Position numbers and translations under genes: made by a program. From NCBI GenBank assembly GCA_009914755.4, contig CP068257.2, positions 30,144,001 to 30,208,000 of the forward strand: DNA of 64,000 bases. The letters run 5' to 3'. This stretch comes from the human T2T-CHM13v2.0 reference genome, Homo sapiens. The stretch's first letter is position 1; each line of letters begins with the position of its first letter. This document shows positions 62,346 to 64,000 of this stretch, piece after piece. Below the pieces are notes generated by a model. That model was not told where the DNA came from, ran no database searches, and saw nothing but the letters and a program-made list of their open reading frames with translations.

Positions 62346-63762
62346 GAATGCATTCAGTTGCATGTAACAGAAGATTTATTTTTTCACACAACGAGAAGTC
62401 CAAAGGTAGGTGGCTCTTGGCATTAGTTCAGGCACTCAAAGATCTCAGGGCTGGCATCCTTGCAGTACTTTTTGTCTTTCTCTCACGATCTCAAGATGGC
62501 TTCACCACGCCAAATATCACATCTACATTCATAACAGGAAAGGGTGGGAGAAGCACCCCAGAGCTTATATTGAGAAGACAGAAGCTTTCCAGGAAGCCCT
62601 AGAAGACTTTCCATTATCTTTTGTTAATTAGAATTGTATCCCATGGCTCTCTGTAGGTGAAAAGGAACTGGAACCTTAGGGAATAGGATTGTCATGATTG
62701 GCTTTAACCAATCCTGATCCATTGCCTGAAGCTGAGCACATTACCTTCCTAAATAAAATTGGAATTTTGTTGGCAAGGAATAAGGAGCAGCAAGATATCA
62801 GTGTACTGCTTAGGTATATACACTTATATGGTTATTTTATTATCTATTTTCTTAAGCAGTTTCTACCTCTGAGGGCCTGTTCTCATCCCTGCTATTCTAA
62901 GAATATAGAATAACCAGAAATTGTCTCGTCCTATCTATTTTTCCATTTGGGCCTGGATGGTGGCTTGGTGCCTGGTGAAGTAGAGATGGCAGGATGTGGC
63001 CTTAGGCTATAAGCAAATGTGAGCAGGCTTACAGGCGCTGTGTCTTTAAGGCCCCGAGTTCACACTATTCATGATATGTTTCCTAATTATTTCCTTTAAA
63101 TGTTGAAAGTGCTTTCTTTTCTTGCCCTTTAGGGGGAAAAACCAAGTTTCAAAAAAAGCATCCCATCAATGATTCAATCAAAGAAATGTCATTAATGAGA
63201 AGAGAGAAAAAAAAGTCCTCCAACATTGTATTTGGGTAGATTTCAACAGTTAATTTGTATTTCAAAATGTGAATGTAAATTAAAAGGCTAAATACTTGAA
63301 AGTCAAAAGTATTCCTTATTTGACATTAAAGTCAGCGAATTGATCATATTTGCTGAATGTAGTTAGTAAAAAGTGCTAATTTATGGCTAAGTAATTAAAC
63401 AGGGAGACAGATGGAGAATCAAATGAGTTTTCTTCACATTCAAATTTGCATACTGTTTCTGATGGTGCATACGCTTATTGCTCTGTGTGGTGCCCTCCAG
63501 TATTAGAAGAACATAGAGAGCTATTTATGTCAGCTTTGCTCAAGCAACCCCAAAGAAAGAAAAGGGGAATTATATCAAGTCCTAGACTTAGATAAAATAC
63601 AGAGCTCAGTTAGATGTTCTCTTCTGTTTCTCGCTCATTCATCATTTTTGCTTCCATGTCATAGTGGGTAGAATAGGCAACTGTCAAATAGTGGAATTTT
63701 CTCCTTTCTCCATTGTATCATGGAAAACGCCATGGCGTGGGAATCAGAAGATGGTCTAATTT

Positions 63763-63990
63763 TAGCTTTCTCAGTAACTAGTTGTGTGACATTGGACAAT
63801 TCTGTTCTCTCCAGTCTTAGTTGCCTCATTTGACATTTGAGTTTAATGTTGCCTAGGTTATTTCTAAGCAGTATGGCACAGTGGAGAAAGCAAGGACTCT
63901 AATTTTGATCTTGGATCAGCCACCTACCAGCTGAGTGATCTTGGATAACTTAGTTTAACCACTGTGTGCTACAGGTTCTTATTAGCAAAA
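63763..63990 (+). mobile_element. MIR SINE fragments (two adjacent partial copies)
   Basis: …ctagttgtgtgacattggacaattctgttctctccagtcttagttgcctcatttgacatttga… and …ggcacagtggagaaagcaaggactctaattttgatcttggatcagccacctaccagctgagtgatcttggataacttagtttaaccactgtgtgct match the MIR consensus (agcatagtggttaagagcacggactctggagccagactgcctgggttcgaatcccggctctgccacttactagctgtgtgaccttgggcaagttacttaacctctctgtgcctcag). Confidence 0.45.
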
Positions 63991-64000
63991 TGAGGATGTT

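Overview
This window is human (primate) nuclear genomic DNA, not a prokaryotic or viral locus. Roughly half of it is recognisable interspersed repeats, all identified by eye from the sequence itself:
- about 33 Alu SINEs (AluJ, AluS and AluY types), many with intact target-site duplications;
- one full-length but ORF-disrupted L1PA LINE on the minus strand (about 38494-44637), nested in a cluster of older L1M/L1PB fragments;
- at least nine ERVL-MaLR solo LTRs (THE1B, MSTA and MLT1-type);
- MIR fragments;
- one hAT-type non-autonomous DNA transposon with an 8-bp TSD;
- numerous microsatellites.
The most unusual structure is a roughly 2.2-kb complex CAC/CAT/CCA minisatellite (7961-10250). It has nested higher-order periodicity, one strand is almost G-free, and a THE1B LTR is inserted into it. 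It is responsible for the long His/Pro/Thr and Val/Met 'ORFs' in the six-frame track, which are repeat artefacts. I could not support any protein-coding exon, RNA gene, CpG island, CRISPR array or operon-like organisation. Every ORF of 100 aa or more maps to a repeat (Alu, L1, LTR or minisatellite). I therefore do not find evidence for a novel biological system here. The window looks like ordinary repeat-dense intronic or intergenic human DNA. It does contain several instructive repeat-biology features: target-site reuse by two Alus, an H-DNA-prone polypyrimidine tract derived from an Alu tail, nested insertions that give a relative chronology, and an orphan poly(A).
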